64,000 bases of DNA, taken from the IMG/VR virus record IMGVR_UViG_2595698293_000001, positions 192,001 through 256,000 of that record. One strand, given 5' to 3'. Shown here piece after piece: positions 19,210 to 31,349 of this stretch. Positions within the stretch are counted from its first letter, which is position 1. Every line of letters starts with the position of its first letter. The translations under genes and the position numbers were made by a program. This stretch comes from a virus (lineage: Duplodnaviria; Caudoviricetes). The notes below the pieces were generated by a model, which saw only the letters and a program-made list of their open reading frames with translations, was not told where the DNA came from and made no database searches.

Positions 19210-19890
19210 ATGGTTAAATTATTAAAAACATTAGTTCTTATTACAATATTTTATATTCCATTTGCATTTGGTGATAATAATTGTAATGATAAGTTTCTTA
19301 ATTCAACTCTACCTGATGTTAAATACAATCAACAAATTTGTTATACTAAATTTGTAGTACTATACAATTACAATTATAAAATCCCAATGGTAAGTGCTGA
19401 ATACTTAACGCCAGATGATATCAACGCATCAAGTAAATTGAATAGAAAAGATGCATTCCATTCAGATAAATCCATTCCACCAGAATTTAATCAAACCGTA
19501 GCTATGTATAAAGGCACTGGATATGATAAAGGACATATGACACCAGCAGGTGATATGGATAATGCATTTGATCAATCAGAAAGTTTTAGTTTAGCAAATA
19601 TGACTCCCCAGACTAAAAAGTTAAATGAAATAGTATGGAGAGGAATCGAAGAAAAAGTACGAAATTCTATATTATCTGATGGTGCTGCCTATGTTATTAC
19701 TGGTAGTATAGTTCAGAATGGTTCAAATAGACTTAATACTATTGTCATACCAGATTATATCTATAAAGCAGTATACTTTGTTAATACAAAAAAATCCATT
19801 GTATATGTAGCAAAAAATGATAATTCAGGTGGAGAAGAGGAATTATCAGAAAAAGATTTTGAAGTGAAATATAAAATTAAACTTTTTTAA
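19210..19890 (+). CDS. exported DNA/RNA non-specific endonuclease (NucA/Serratia nuclease family)
   Basis: signal peptide; GYDKGHMTPA and NMTPQ..LN...W catalytic motifs. Confidence 0.92.
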   Translation: MVKLLKTLVLITIFYIPFAFGDNNCNDKFLNSTLPDVKYNQQICYTKFVVLYNYNYKIPMVSAEYLTPDDINASSKLNRKDAFHSDKSIPPEFNQTVAMYKGTGYDKGHMTPAGDMDNAFDQSESFSLANMTPQTKKLNEIVWRGIEEKVRNSILSDGAAYVITGSIVQNGSNRLNTIVIPDYIYKAVYFVNTKKSIVYVAKNDNSGGEEELSEKDFEVKYKIKLF

Positions 19891-19956
19891 TAAAAGGGGT
19901 TGACTTAGGTCATCCCTTTTTGCTATAATCAATGAATCAATTAAAGGAGATACACA

Positions 19957-20400
19957 ATGACTCGTATTAATTTAGTACATGTTAAAGAACTTGCAGATCA
20001 ACATTTGATGGCTGAATACAGAGAGCTTCCACGTGTGTTTGGGGCAGTTCGTAAACATGTACAAGATGGTAAGCGAGTTTCTGATTTCAAAATCAACCGT
20101 ACTTACATCTTAGGTACAGGACATGTGACATTCTTCTATAACAAATTATTGTACTTGCAGAAGCGTCACATTGATATTGTAAATGAATGTTTACGCCGTG
20201 GAATGAAGATTCAAAACACCGACATAAACGACCTCAGTGGTATTCCTACAGCTTTCTGTAATGATTATAACCCATTACCTCATGAGATCGATGTATCTCG
20301 TTCCAGATTGATTGAGAAGATTCAGATGAAGCCTACCTGGTATAAGTTTACCAATGTGGAGTTTCCATCTTATTATATTACTATGTTGGATAAGTACTAA
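19957..20400 (+). CDS. denV: endonuclease V, pyrimidine-dimer DNA glycosylase/AP lyase
   Basis: [31 protein letters not shown]...LGxGHVTFFY closely matches T4 DenV. Confidence 0.97.
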   Translation: MTRINLVHVKELADQHLMAEYRELPRVFGAVRKHVQDGKRVSDFKINRTYILGTGHVTFFYNKLLYLQKRHIDIVNECLRRGMKIQNTDINDLSGIPTAFCNDYNPLPHEIDVSRSRLIEKIQMKPTWYKFTNVEFPSYYITMLDKY

Positions 20401-20440
20401 TATAGTGTTTGAATAAAATAAATTAGGTGGTTTTTATACT

Positions 20441-20674
20441 ATGAAATTTAAAAAATTTAATGGTACTGTCTATTCGTGTGACGATATATACTGTAATCCG
20501 TCTTATCATGATGGATTTTTCATCAAAACAAAAGATCATGAAGTACTGAAAGTTTCCTTACAGTGGGAAGAGGGTAGAACAAATAACTATAGATTTGTTC
20601 GAGGTGATAAATTTTCATACACTCCAAAAGATATAATTTGGCCGGATAGTGTAGTTGAAATAGAAATTAAATAA
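20441..20674 (+). CDS. hypothetical protein
   Basis: ORF track. Confidence 0.65.
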   Translation: MKFKKFNGTVYSCDDIYCNPSYHDGFFIKTKDHEVLKVSLQWEEGRTNNYRFVRGDKFSYTPKDIIWPDSVVEIEIK

Positions 20675-20675
20675 G

Positions 20676-20957
20676 GTGGAAATTATTATGCCATTTCTCT
20701 TTATGATACTGTACTATTTGATTATTTTTCCATCTTATACTATTGGTGATTTAGTAGAATCAAAATTTGGTAATAAAGTTGGTACCGAGATTAAATGGAT
20801 AGTTGTGCATCTTATTGTTCATTTAATAATCTTTGCGTTATTCATCGCATTACCATTATGGTTGTTTGGTGTAAAAATATTAATAATTGCAATTATTTTT
20901 TTAGTTCTGGAAGTAATATGTTTCTATCTTATTCATAAACATAATTCGAAAAAATGA
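20676..20957 (+). CDS. hypothetical membrane protein
   Basis: 3 hydrophobic segments. Confidence 0.7.
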   Translation: MEIIMPFLFMILYYLIIFPSYTIGDLVESKFGNKVGTEIKWIVVHLIVHLIIFALFIALPLWLFGVKILIIAIIFLVLEVICFYLIHKHNSKK

Positions 20958-21028
20958 AAAAAAGGGTTGACTTCGGTCAGCCCTTTTGTTATTATATATA
21001 CATCCAAACGAAACAGGAATTTAATTTA

Positions 21029-21475
21029 ATGAAACTTCAATTCGACGCAATCAGTGCTGGTTCTAAAACAATCACAATCAACTGTGGTTCTATGACTCGT
21101 GAGTTTCTTGAAGAACATAATATCCCATATAAGATGCATTATGACGATATCAAACTTGATATCAATGCAGAAGCAGACGTAGATATCCGTTCCTTTGAAG
21201 ATATCAAGCACTTCTGTAAAAAGTATTGTGCAAACATTACATTCGGTAATGGTACACCTGAAATTGAATTCTACAGCCTCCATGAAGAAGATTTACCATT
21301 ACATTGTTCATGGGATTACAAAGATATACCAGTACAACAATTGCGTGCAATGTATGCATCTTTTATCCAAGAATGTAGTGAAATCAACGGTAGTACCGAA
21401 ATGAATGAAGATGAAAAAGAACAAATGAAACTCTTCGAGGAAACCATCGAATGGGTAAAAGGCCGAAATAAATGA
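21029..21475 (+). CDS. hypothetical protein
   Basis: AGGA SD after cassette; start reassigned. Confidence 0.75.
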   Translation: MKLQFDAISAGSKTITINCGSMTREFLEEHNIPYKMHYDDIKLDINAEADVDIRSFEDIKHFCKKYCANITFGNGTPEIEFYSLHEEDLPLHCSWDYKDIPVQQLRAMYASFIQECSEINGSTEMNEDEKEQMKLFEETIEWVKGRNK

Positions 21476-22387
21476 AAGATTCAGTACTGAAATGTTCAGA
21501 CGGTGCTGATTGGTTAGTTGACAGGCTACCAAATGAAGCGTATAATGCAATGAAATCTGAGATTGAATTGTGCGTTCATACTATCTTCCAGAAATATGGA
21601 TATGGTAAAGAATTGCAAGATGCATTCAATGAATCTATTCCAGTTAAATTAGAAAGAAGGAAATAACAATGAATAAGGCACAAGAACTGAAACTCTGTAT
21701 TCAACAACTTTGTACACTTCGTTGTGAAAACCTTCGTGCTATCTATGAAGGGGATGTAATTGAAGTGCAGCGTTGTGAAACTGCAATCGAAGCAAAAGAA
21801 TTTGAAGTCAACCGCTTAATTGATGAACTTTGTGGAGAAAAGAAATGAACGTATTTAAGTTAAAATTCTATGCAAACGATACCCGCCCATTCGGAAAGAA
21901 ATTAGATTATGATCTGTACTTTAATAGTACTGAACTGGCATTAGAGTACCTCAATACTAAAATGCCAGGACATAAAGAAATCACAGAAGAAGTTGTTAAG
22001 CCGTGGTTCACTAATTACAATACTCGCACTTTTACATGGGAAGGTAAACGTTATGATGAAAATGGTGAATGGGATTATCCTGTGGAGTTCACGGTTGAAC
22101 TCGACCAAATTGAAGTAATTCAATCACTAGAGAAATAATATATGCCATTACTACTTTGTCCAGTACTTTTAATATTACTAACAGTTTATTATTTCAATCC
22201 ATTACTAGCTGGTACATTATTTTTATTTTTATTCTGTGCAACAATATATAATATGTTGTTGGTACTATTGTGGTTGATTGGTACTTATATTGTACCACAA
22301 AAATACGAAAACCATTTTGCTGTGGTGATGATTGTTTTATTTGTAGTACTGAATGGTGCATGGATCTGGGCTATCTGGTTTCAATAA
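21472..22387 (+). other. run of small hypothetical CDSs (21472..21666, 21669..21848, 21845..22138, membrane protein 22142..22387)
   Basis: tightly coupled ORFs. Confidence 0.65.
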
Positions 22388-23361
22388 AAAAGTTCAGTTA
22401 AGAAATTACTTATCAAAGATAAGAAGAATATTTCTATCCAGATGTGTAAATTTTTTTTACTATATGACATAGGATAATATATAAAATGTATGTTACTGTT
22501 CAAACTAATGATAGAACTCAAGTGTATACTAAAGAGTTTTTAAATAAAGTGGGAATTGTTGAACTAACTCGTCTAGCTTTTGAGCATTATAATGCACAAG
22601 AACAATATGATAATGTTCCACAAAATTATAAGAAAAAAAACAATCTCTTTACTGGTCTTGTAGTAGGTGAAATAGTATGAAAGGAATCAAAGCTAAAAAT
22701 AGTGTCTTATTTTCTTTGATTGATGGAAAATATACATATGAAGTAATGTATGGAACTACTAGATCTGTAGTATTATATATTGATGATGTATTATCATTAT
22801 CAATGAATAAAACTACTATGAATTGTATGACAAATCGTGCTGTTCCATTTTCAGTACTGGAACGTATGCAATCATTTGTCAATAACGTATAGTCTATTCT
22901 ATTACATTAATATTTCTATTATGGAATTATAAATGTGGTGGTTACACCAGAAAAAGAACTGAAAAAAGGGTTGACGAAAGTCAGCCTTTTTGTTAATATA
23001 ATAATCATCTGAAAAACCATTTTAATTTGAGGTATATTATGTCACGTAAAGTTCTTATCAATCGTTTAGCTGAAGCCCTGAATTGCAAACCGCATGAGAT
23101 TCCCCATGTTAATGAACTGACCAGTAATCAAATATACTGGATGATTCAACATGAACGTATGCATAAACGCTATGGTGATTTATATCGTTCAAAATGATCA
23201 TATAAAAGATATAATAATTAATCCAGTACTGACTATTGTGTTATCATATTTGTAGTATTCGAATTGATATATTTTGTGATAAACTCCGTTAAAAAAATAA
23301 ATTATATAAAAGGGTTGACTTATGTCAGCCCTTTTGTTATTATAGTTGTACAACAAATTAT

Positions 23362-23961
23362 TTGGATACTGTTATGAAAGTTATTAAATTAAAGAAACGA
23401 AAATTCATTAAACAATATAAACGTGATTCGGTTGTATTTCATGTATACTTGTCTGATGGTGTTCCTGGTAGTTTATTGACAAAACAGTATTTTACCGCAG
23501 TACACAATGCTGATGTACGTTATATGGATATAGACAAAAATATTCTCAAATTAAGAGATGATATCAACAACAGTACTGATAAAAAAGTACAAAGAATTGA
23601 AGTAACGATTAATAATAATTTAGGTTACTTCCGTTTGTATCATTTGATTGGGGATAAATTTATTCCTCACCGAGAACTAATGATTCACTGGAATTCGAAA
23701 GGTTTCAATTGTAGATCTCATATGATACAGTACAGGGATAATTGTATTCATCCTATATCTGGAAAACCATATTGTGTATTGTGGTATAAAGATATTATTG
23801 CATATGATTATTATCGTATTTCTGAATCAAGGAGAACCATCGATAATAGTATCCATAAATTTGAATTATTATTGAATGACATTGAATCAGGTAAGTTTAA
23901 TAAACCAACAAAGAACATTAGTTATACTGCACATTGTTTAGATGTTTTTCTTAAAGATTAA
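23362..23961 (+). CDS. hypothetical protein
   Basis: flanked by two cassettes. Confidence 0.7.
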   Translation: MDTVMKVIKLKKRKFIKQYKRDSVVFHVYLSDGVPGSLLTKQYFTAVHNADVRYMDIDKNILKLRDDINNSTDKKVQRIEVTINNNLGYFRLYHLIGDKFIPHRELMIHWNSKGFNCRSHMIQYRDNCIHPISGKPYCVLWYKDIIAYDYYRISESRRTIDNSIHKFELLLNDIESGKFNKPTKNISYTAHCLDVFLKD

Positions 23962-24034
23962 CAAAGAAAGGGGTTGACTTTGGTCAGCCCTTTTGTTATT
24001 ATATTTGTATATTAAGTCAATGAGGCGTTGTATT

Positions 24035-24307
24035 ATGATTCGTTATGCTCTGCGTCATAGAATTTCCAAACAGTACGTTGGATTTCGTACTGTGCAATGG
24101 GAATTCGGTACTGATATTCATTTGGATTTCGATGATGATTATATTTGGTTGAAAGAAGATCGCACATTAATGGATACACTTATTGAAAATAGAAAGTCAA
24201 GTGATGCATCGTTACAATTGAGTGATTCAGTACTGAAGGCGTTAAAAGATTATAAATTAGAAGTGATGGAAATTAATTTCCCAGATACTGATTGGTGGGA
24301 TGATTAA
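24035..24307 (+). CDS. hypothetical protein
   Basis: GAGG SD; paralog of 15800. Confidence 0.7.
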   Translation: MIRYALRHRISKQYVGFRTVQWEFGTDIHLDFDDDYIWLKEDRTLMDTLIENRKSSDASLQLSDSVLKALKDYKLEVMEINFPDTDWWDD

Positions 24308-24574
24308 TGATTGTGAAAATACAATTTTAATTTCATAAACTAAATTATCTAAAGGTGAAATAATGCAATACTCTATCTATGCTCGTATGGGAGTTGATTA
24401 TGAATGGAACAGACTTCGTACAGTGTACAATGAAGAGAAAGCAATTGAACTGAAAGAGTATTACGAACAAACATGGCGTATCGTTGAAATTCGTAATGAA
24501 AGCAAATAAGCGTTGACAACATACATCAGTACTGTATAATATATACAATCTTAATCGAAAAGGTAAAAACATAA

Positions 24575-24916
24575 ATGAAAGTTACTCTGACTGGTAGTAC
24601 AATCAATGTAGCAACAATCAAATCAGTACTGGAAAACAATAGCCGAGTATATATTTCACTTCCAATTAATGATGTTTGTGAAATTTTAGTAACTCGTTTG
24701 GAATCGCATTTTAACGGGTATATTAAACAAGATAGTATTGAAGTTAAATACGCCGAACGAGATTGTGGTGAAATCCAGTGTATGGCAACAGAATACTTCA
24801 ACATCAATATGATGGAAAAAGCCGCAATGTCTGCCGTTGAGCGATATAATTCAGAAGATCCATGTGAATTTTCTAATTATTCAGTGGCATTTGAAAATAC
24901 ATTTATTAAAGAATAA
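24575..24916 (+). CDS. hypothetical protein
   Basis: TTGACA..CAGTACTG-TATAAT promoter at 24513-24540. Confidence 0.75.
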   Translation: MKVTLTGSTINVATIKSVLENNSRVYISLPINDVCEILVTRLESHFNGYIKQDSIEVKYAERDCGEIQCMATEYFNINMMEKAAMSAVERYNSEDPCEFSNYSVAFENTFIKE

Positions 24917-25377
24917 CAAAATGAAGTCATACCTTTTCCTATAATATAGTATTACTAAAATAGAGAATATTGTATGAAACTTGATTATGCATTAATAAGC
25001 AAAACGTTTAAATTAATATATTTTATTTTTGGTTATAGTAAAAATTCTAATTTTTTTCCAATATTATTTGACCTTGATGAAAATGATATTCACCAAGAAT
25101 ACAATAAAATATTGAATAGAGAGTTACATTTATCAATTAAAGAATTAGTAATTAATAAGTATATTCATTATAAAAATAAAAATTTTGATGGATATTTGCG
25201 AATTATTGGATATGATTTTGATACATCGAACTTAATAGTAAATGCACCTAATAATACAGGAATTTTCCAAATAACTTGGGTGAATTTAAAAATTTTTGAC
25301 AGTATACCATCAAAAAAGGGTTGACGAAAGTCAGCCTTTTTTGTTATAATGTGTTTATTAAGAAAGGAGAAATAAAA

Positions 25378-26148
25378 ATGCATCCTCGTTTAGTTAGAAG
25401 TCAGAAAATCCAGAAAAACTTCGATTCAATGCTCGCAGTACTGGAAAGTATGCTTAAACCAAATAGCCCTATTAATAGCATGATTGTAAGTGGTGCTCCG
25501 GGTATTGGTAAAACATACTCACTCTCTAACCGACTCAATAAAGCACATTCTAATGCTGAATGTAATGTAACTACCGTTAGCGGTAAAATGACTACCCTAG
25601 CACTCTTCGAAGTACTGTACAAAAACCGGTTCAGTACTAATATCATTGTACTTGATGATATGGACAGTATTTTTGATTCAGAAGATGGTATGAATCTGCT
25701 CAAAGCAGTACTTGATACTTCAAAACGTACAGTATCATATATGTCATCTTCTAAGTACTTAAAAGATAATGGTATCCCAAGTACTTTTGATTTTTTTGGT
25801 AAAATTGTATTCATTACAAATAAAGATTTAACACGTATTGCTGCATCTAAAAGCAAACAAGCACCACATTGTCAAGCATTGATTTCTCGTTCAGTGTATA
25901 TTGATCTTGAAATTCAAAGCAAAGAAGATATCATGATTCATATCGAAAATGTTATGCTCAGTACTAACATTCTAGAAAAATACAATGTGAATCAAAATGG
26001 TAGTAACATGATTCTTAATTGGATGCTGAAACACCAGGAACGTCTACAGTCTCCATCATTACGTACACCTGTACTTATTAGTGCTCTGTATAATTCCAAT
26101 CCATATGATTGGGAAGAAATTTGCGAAAATGTTTATCTGGAGAAATAA
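25378..26148 (+). CDS. AAA+ family ATPase
   Basis: Walker A GAPGIGKT, Walker B IIVLDDMD, sensor-1 FITN, Arg-finger ALISR; AGGAG SD. Confidence 0.9.
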   Translation: MHPRLVRSQKIQKNFDSMLAVLESMLKPNSPINSMIVSGAPGIGKTYSLSNRLNKAHSNAECNVTTVSGKMTTLALFEVLYKNRFSTNIIVLDDMDSIFDSEDGMNLLKAVLDTSKRTVSYMSSSKYLKDNGIPSTFDFFGKIVFITNKDLTRIAASKSKQAPHCQALISRSVYIDLEIQSKEDIMIHIENVMLSTNILEKYNVNQNGSNMILNWMLKHQERLQSPSLRTPVLISALYNSNPYDWEEICENVYLEK

Positions 26149-26462
26149 TGAAATACAAATGTACGGTGTATAAAGAAGGAATTGTATTCATTGAAGTCTA
26201 TGTAGATGATGATATTTGGTTTGAAGTTGATGAATGTTTTGATACAAATGTATACGTATCAAAAAATGGATATATCTATGAATATAATTTAAATAACGAT
26301 TTTGGTTCAATGCAAGATGATGAATTATTTCAATTGAGTACTGTAAGTCCGATTCCTTTTGACTTAAAAATCATTAGAGAAGCCCATAAACAATTCAGTA
26401 CTATTATAAAAGAAAATTCATCATTATTGTATCATTATATATTAGTAACAGAGGACGAATAA
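26148..26462 (+). CDS. acidic-FQxST motif family protein, coupled to the AAA ATPase gene
   Basis: QDDELFQLSTV; TAATG coupling. Confidence 0.7.
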   Translation: MKYKCTVYKEGIVFIEVYVDDDIWFEVDECFDTNVYVSKNGYIYEYNLNNDFGSMQDDELFQLSTVSPIPFDLKIIREAHKQFSTIIKENSSLLYHYILVTEDE

Positions 26463-26592
26463 TGAAACCAGAACAATGGATCATCGATGATATGCGTGCT
26501 ATGCGTAAGATTGAAAATAAATCATACGAAGAACAAGCATACTTAGATCTTCTTCAATGGTATGTTAAAGTAATCCAATCAAAGGAATAATT

Positions 26593-29367
26593 ATGTTAGA
26601 CTTTATGCTAAAAAGTGAACTATCTCATACTATTGGATATAGTATTGCAGTACTGATCGTATTCAGCTTTCTGTTTGAAAAAATCAATTGGCTATTCAAA
26701 ACCAATATCTATAAAAAGTATTATAAAGTTAAAAGTTTTGACAGACAATTCTTTTTGGGTGTAATGTATACATTAACATTATATTGTAGTGTATTTGAAA
26801 TTGGATTTGTACTGGCTGATTCACCATTAACATTATATCTTTCATTGTATACACTTTTTGTTATACCATTTTCTTTGTATATTTTTTGTACTAAAGTGTT
26901 CGATAAAATTATTGAATTCCGAAATAAACTACCAGACTGATATGGAGTAATATAAATGATTGAGTTTATATTCAAAAGTGATTTCGCATATAGCGTTGGG
27001 TATTGTATCTTTATTGCTATTATTTTTAATTACTTATTTGAGAAAATTAACCATTATTTTAAGACAAATATTTACAAAAAGTATTATACAAACAAGAGCA
27101 GTAAAAGAAAAAACATTGAATTCACTCTGTATATTAGTACTATATACCTGGTAACAATTGAACTTCCTTCAGTACTAACTGATAAAAATGTAACAATGCT
27201 ATTTTGTGTATATAGTGCAGTGATTATCTTCTTTTGGGTATATTATTCAATCCAGGCATTGAATCGAAAATTAACTGAATTCCATAATAAACTACCGGAT
27301 TAATTAAAAATGAATGAATTTCTACGAAGTGAACTATTGTGTTCAGTACTACAATGCTTTTTGTTGTTATTCATTGTGTACCATTTGTATATTTTAGTAC
27401 TATGGTACTTTAAACGTAAATCGTATTTGACATTATGGCAAAACAATAAGTTAGCAGTTCCATTTCTTACTACTACAACAATAGCTTATGCTCTTTCCGG
27501 GATTTTCCTGTTTCCGGTAGATGATCCTGTAATGCAAGAAAGTGGGATAGCAATTGCAAATCTTATTAGATCATTGTTCATTAGTGCATGGTTTTTCTTT
27601 GTATTAATCAGGTACTTAGTGCGTTTACGTACTAAAATCGAAGGGGCATTCTAAAATGATGGAGTACATTAATCTGTTTGATACATCATTTGTTATAGTT
27701 AGTACTTATTATATTTGTAGTACTATATTCTACTTTCTGATGTGGTTCTTTAAACGTAAACTGGATAACTTCATTAAGCAATATTCGTTACAACTGGTAT
27801 TACAATTGTATTACTGGATTGGATTTGGTTTAATGTATTTGCATTACTATTTTGTATTATATAATATCCGTGAAAATAATACATTTATGCTTTATATGCT
27901 ACAAATTATCGGTACTACAATCTATGTAGGTTATCTAATGTCGATTGTACTGTCAAAATTAAGAAACAAAATCCCTGATATGAGGAATTAAAAAATGACA
28001 TATATTTTTATTGCATTAGCAATGTATTACTGGATTTCGTGGACTGGATATCTCTTTGCATTAAAATCTTTTGATTATTTCAGTGCTTCATGTAAAGAAA
28101 TTGGGGGATGGCATGTAATGGCAACTTCGTCAGTAACATACTGTGCTTATGAAAGTATTACTGATAAAACATTCAATGATTTGGTATTGAGTACAGTACT
28201 GATGTATTTGTGGGGTTTTGCATTCATTGTTCATATTTCACCTTTAATTAGAGATAAAATTGTAAAATTTCATAATAAACAAAAGGAAAAGCGTACATGA
28301 TCATTACATTAAATTTACTGACATTTTTTAGTGTATTAACGTGTTTAATCTTTATTGGAAAATTCTTTTGTGTTAAAATAGCAGAAAAGATTTATGATTC
28401 ATGGGAAAACGAAATGTCTTTATGGGTTCCTATATTCTGGACTGTTAGTAATGTATTTTTAATTCCAGCCTGGATTGGTGCAACAAAGGAAATCTTCCCA
28501 CTTTTTTTATTCAGTGCAATGTTCAGTGCTGGTTTTTGTTTTATGTATATGGCATTTGAATTGATTGTTGTACTAAATGCTGTATTAGTACCTGCATTAA
28601 AGAATGTGCATGTAAAAATTAAACTCAAGAAATCACAGGGCAAATTATGACTTACAGAGATTATTTTTGTATATTCGAAGTACTGGTTTTCACTTCAGGT
28701 AGTTTAGTATTGTTATTGCATTATTTTTGTGTTGAGCCTTTTTACAAATTATTAAAACCAAAAACCGAAATGGGTGTATTTTGTTTATTTCAGTTTTTGT
28801 ATTACTATTTTCTGTCTATTCTTTCTGTTGTTGTAGAAGTAATTTTCGGAGGATTTGTTAATGCAGACAAAATGCCGTCATACGAGTTGTTTACAATCTT
28901 CAATGTACTTATGATTGCTTTAATTGTGTTCGTATCAATCCTTGCTGGAATTTACAAATTTTTTGTATTCCTTGGCAACAAACACAATGATATAGTACTA
29001 AAACGAAAAGGAACACTGACAGATGAACGTAATTGAAATAATTGTAGTTGCATACCATATTTTAGCAGTACTTCTTATTTTATCTGTTCTCGTGGATTAT
29101 GCATTAGGATTTGATAAACTTAAATTTATCTATCAGTACTTTGATGATAATTTCGACAGTGATAATCCAGTACACGTATTTCTTGGATTAGAATTTATGT
29201 GCTTAATTCTTGTACTGTTTATTCCCATTATCGGTACTGGAACATCTCTTTTCTTCATTACTGCAATTACATTATTGTACTTCGTAGTAATAGTTCTTAT
29301 TTTAGTACTATATTCTGTTGCATATGGAATAGAAAAAATTAGAAATAAACGCCTAACAAAAAAATAA
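26593..29367 (+). other. tandem array of eight ~100-130 aa 3-TM membrane proteins (26593, 26956, 27310, 27656, 27995, 28297, 28647, 29023)
   Basis: three hydrophobic segments each; basic C-tail, several ending (F/L/I)(R/H)NK; 26593 and 26956 clearly paralogous. Confidence 0.8.
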
Positions 29368-29439
29368 AAAATAGTTCCTGAACTTGACAATGCTGGATTT
29401 TTTATATATAATAACATAATAAAATAATAGAGGCACAAA

Positions 29440-30036
29440 ATGAAACGCATAACTCGCATAACTCGCAGCAAAAATGTGATCAGGGATAGATTTCGCAAGG
29501 TAAACATTATTAAGTACAGTACTATTGCATTAGCATTAAGTACTACATTTGTACTCACTGCATGTGATGAACCAACAAATGTAGACGTATACAAATCATT
29601 AGAACAATGTAAAACTTCTGGAAAAAATCCAGCACAATGCGAAGAAGATTACAAAAATGCACTAAAGCAAAGTGTCAGTACTGCACCGCATTACAAATCA
29701 CAAAGCGAATGCTACGCAGACTTTGATACAGTATGCCAGGAAGGTCATTACAGTACTGGTGGTATGTTCTTCTATCCTATGATGACAGGATTCCATAGTT
29801 CAGGACAAGGATATCATTCACAACCTTTATATAGTCATAAAGGTAATTACGTTGATGCTGGTGGAAATAATTACGGATCAACTTACAGTACCACTACTAA
29901 CAGAACTGTACCAAGATCCGGTCTGACACAAAAAGCACCAACCAGTACTATAACCAGAAGTGGATTTGGTAGTACTGTTTCAAGTCGTAGCTTTTCAAGT
30001 TCTCATAGTTCATCAAGCCATTCATTTGGTGGTTAA
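29440..30036 (+). CDS. DUF1190 (YgiB/YjfM-like) lipoprotein
   Basis: lipobox LTAC; VYxSxxxC...C...AP(H)Y...CxADF; QPLY; TITRSGFG; Ser-rich tail ending FGG. Confidence 0.88.
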   Translation: MKRITRITRSKNVIRDRFRKVNIIKYSTIALALSTTFVLTACDEPTNVDVYKSLEQCKTSGKNPAQCEEDYKNALKQSVSTAPHYKSQSECYADFDTVCQEGHYSTGGMFFYPMMTGFHSSGQGYHSQPLYSHKGNYVDAGGNNYGSTYSTTTNRTVPRSGLTQKAPTSTITRSGFGSTVSSRSFSSSHSSSSHSFGG

Positions 30037-30053
30037 ACAACAAAGGAAAATAA

Positions 30054-30686
30054 ATGAAATATTCTAGCCTGAATCTTTATAATAATCCAGCAGTCGCTAC
30101 TCATGCAATCACTGGTACTATCAATGATTCTTCTTATAAAGAATTCCGTGAGTTCATCAAGGCAGTACTGGAAAATAATCAGAAAATCTCCGACGAAGAA
30201 CGTATTCATAAAGAAAAGGAAGAATTTAATAAAATTCATAACCCAGAAGCTAAACCAGAATTCTTTAGCCCTAAAACTAAAGTACAACGTATTAATCTTA
30301 TCGTAGATTCATATGGTGGTCAATGTTCTTCTATGACCAGTATTGTTGCACTAATGAATAGTTCTCCTATTCCTATTGATACATATTGCTTCGGTGCTGC
30401 TATGTCAGCAGGATTTATGATTTTTATTCATGGAAAAAATCGTTATGTAGGTAATGCAGCAGACCTTATGATGCATAGTTTAAGTACTGGTGTATATGAT
30501 CACGCACCTGGTATTAAATCAAAAGCCGAACACCTTCTGAAAATTAATACAGTCTATCAACAAATGGTAGCAAATAAAACTGGTCTTACAATGGAATGGC
30601 TTAAAGAGCACGAAGAAAAGGATATGCACTTCCTTGCAGATGATTGTATTGAATACAAAATTGCAGATGCAATCATTGAGGAATAA
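30054..30686 (+). CDS. ClpP-like serine protease
   Basis: SYGG, GAAMSAG (Ser nucleophile), MMH (His), KDMHFLA..C..Y.IAD (Asp). Confidence 0.9.
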   Translation: MKYSSLNLYNNPAVATHAITGTINDSSYKEFREFIKAVLENNQKISDEERIHKEKEEFNKIHNPEAKPEFFSPKTKVQRINLIVDSYGGQCSSMTSIVALMNSSPIPIDTYCFGAAMSAGFMIFIHGKNRYVGNAADLMMHSLSTGVYDHAPGIKSKAEHLLKINTVYQQMVANKTGLTMEWLKEHEEKDMHFLADDCIEYKIADAIIEE

Positions 30687-30689
30687 TAT

Positions 30690-30896
30690 ATGACAATATT
30701 ATTCAGTACTAAAGATCCGGTAGGCGATTCTAGTAATGTAGTTAGTAACTTCTACAATCATGTTCGTCGTAAGACACATCATGGTTCATGGGGTGCTGAT
30801 AAACATGCACGTAAGCTATTCCCGAGGGGAAAGGCGTATGATCGTCTGTTTGAATTACAATTGGATTGTTGGAAAAACCGCTACGATTATTTCTAA
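30690..30896 (+). CDS. hypothetical protein
   Basis: GAGG SD. Confidence 0.65.
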   Translation: MTILFSTKDPVGDSSNVVSNFYNHVRRKTHHGSWGADKHARKLFPRGKAYDRLFELQLDCWKNRYDYF

Positions 30897-30905
30897 GAGA
30901 ATACT

Positions 30906-31349
30906 ATGACTCCAGACCAATCACGTGAGGTGGAAGAAGCCAGTACATTGTTTAGTCAATCCAGTAGTGATATCACATCACCATATACTGGCCTCGCCAA
31001 ACATTATATGCGAGGTTTAGAATCTATTCATCGCATTTATAATGAGCGGGACTGGTTTGATTCTGCTTCAATTGATGATGTTGAATACATTAAAAACATG
31101 TGCAAGTACTATGAAGATAACAAAGAGTTTTATGATAATATTGGTTATCACGACCACGATTATAATACAGTATTTGAGATTGTCGATATTCATAACTTAG
31201 CACATAAAAACGCAATTAAAAGTATGATGAACGTTTACAAAATGGCATACAATGAGTTTCATCGCACACACTATCCAAACGAACCCGATGTGATATACGC
31301 CGGAACCGTTCTCAAGAAAATGGAAGAAATATTTCCAGAACTATTCTAA
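30906..31349 (+). CDS. hypothetical protein
   Basis: ORF track. Confidence 0.7.
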   Translation: MTPDQSREVEEASTLFSQSSSDITSPYTGLAKHYMRGLESIHRIYNERDWFDSASIDDVEYIKNMCKYYEDNKEFYDNIGYHDHDYNTVFEIVDIHNLAHKNAIKSMMNVYKMAYNEFHRTHYPNEPDVIYAGTVLKKMEEIFPELF

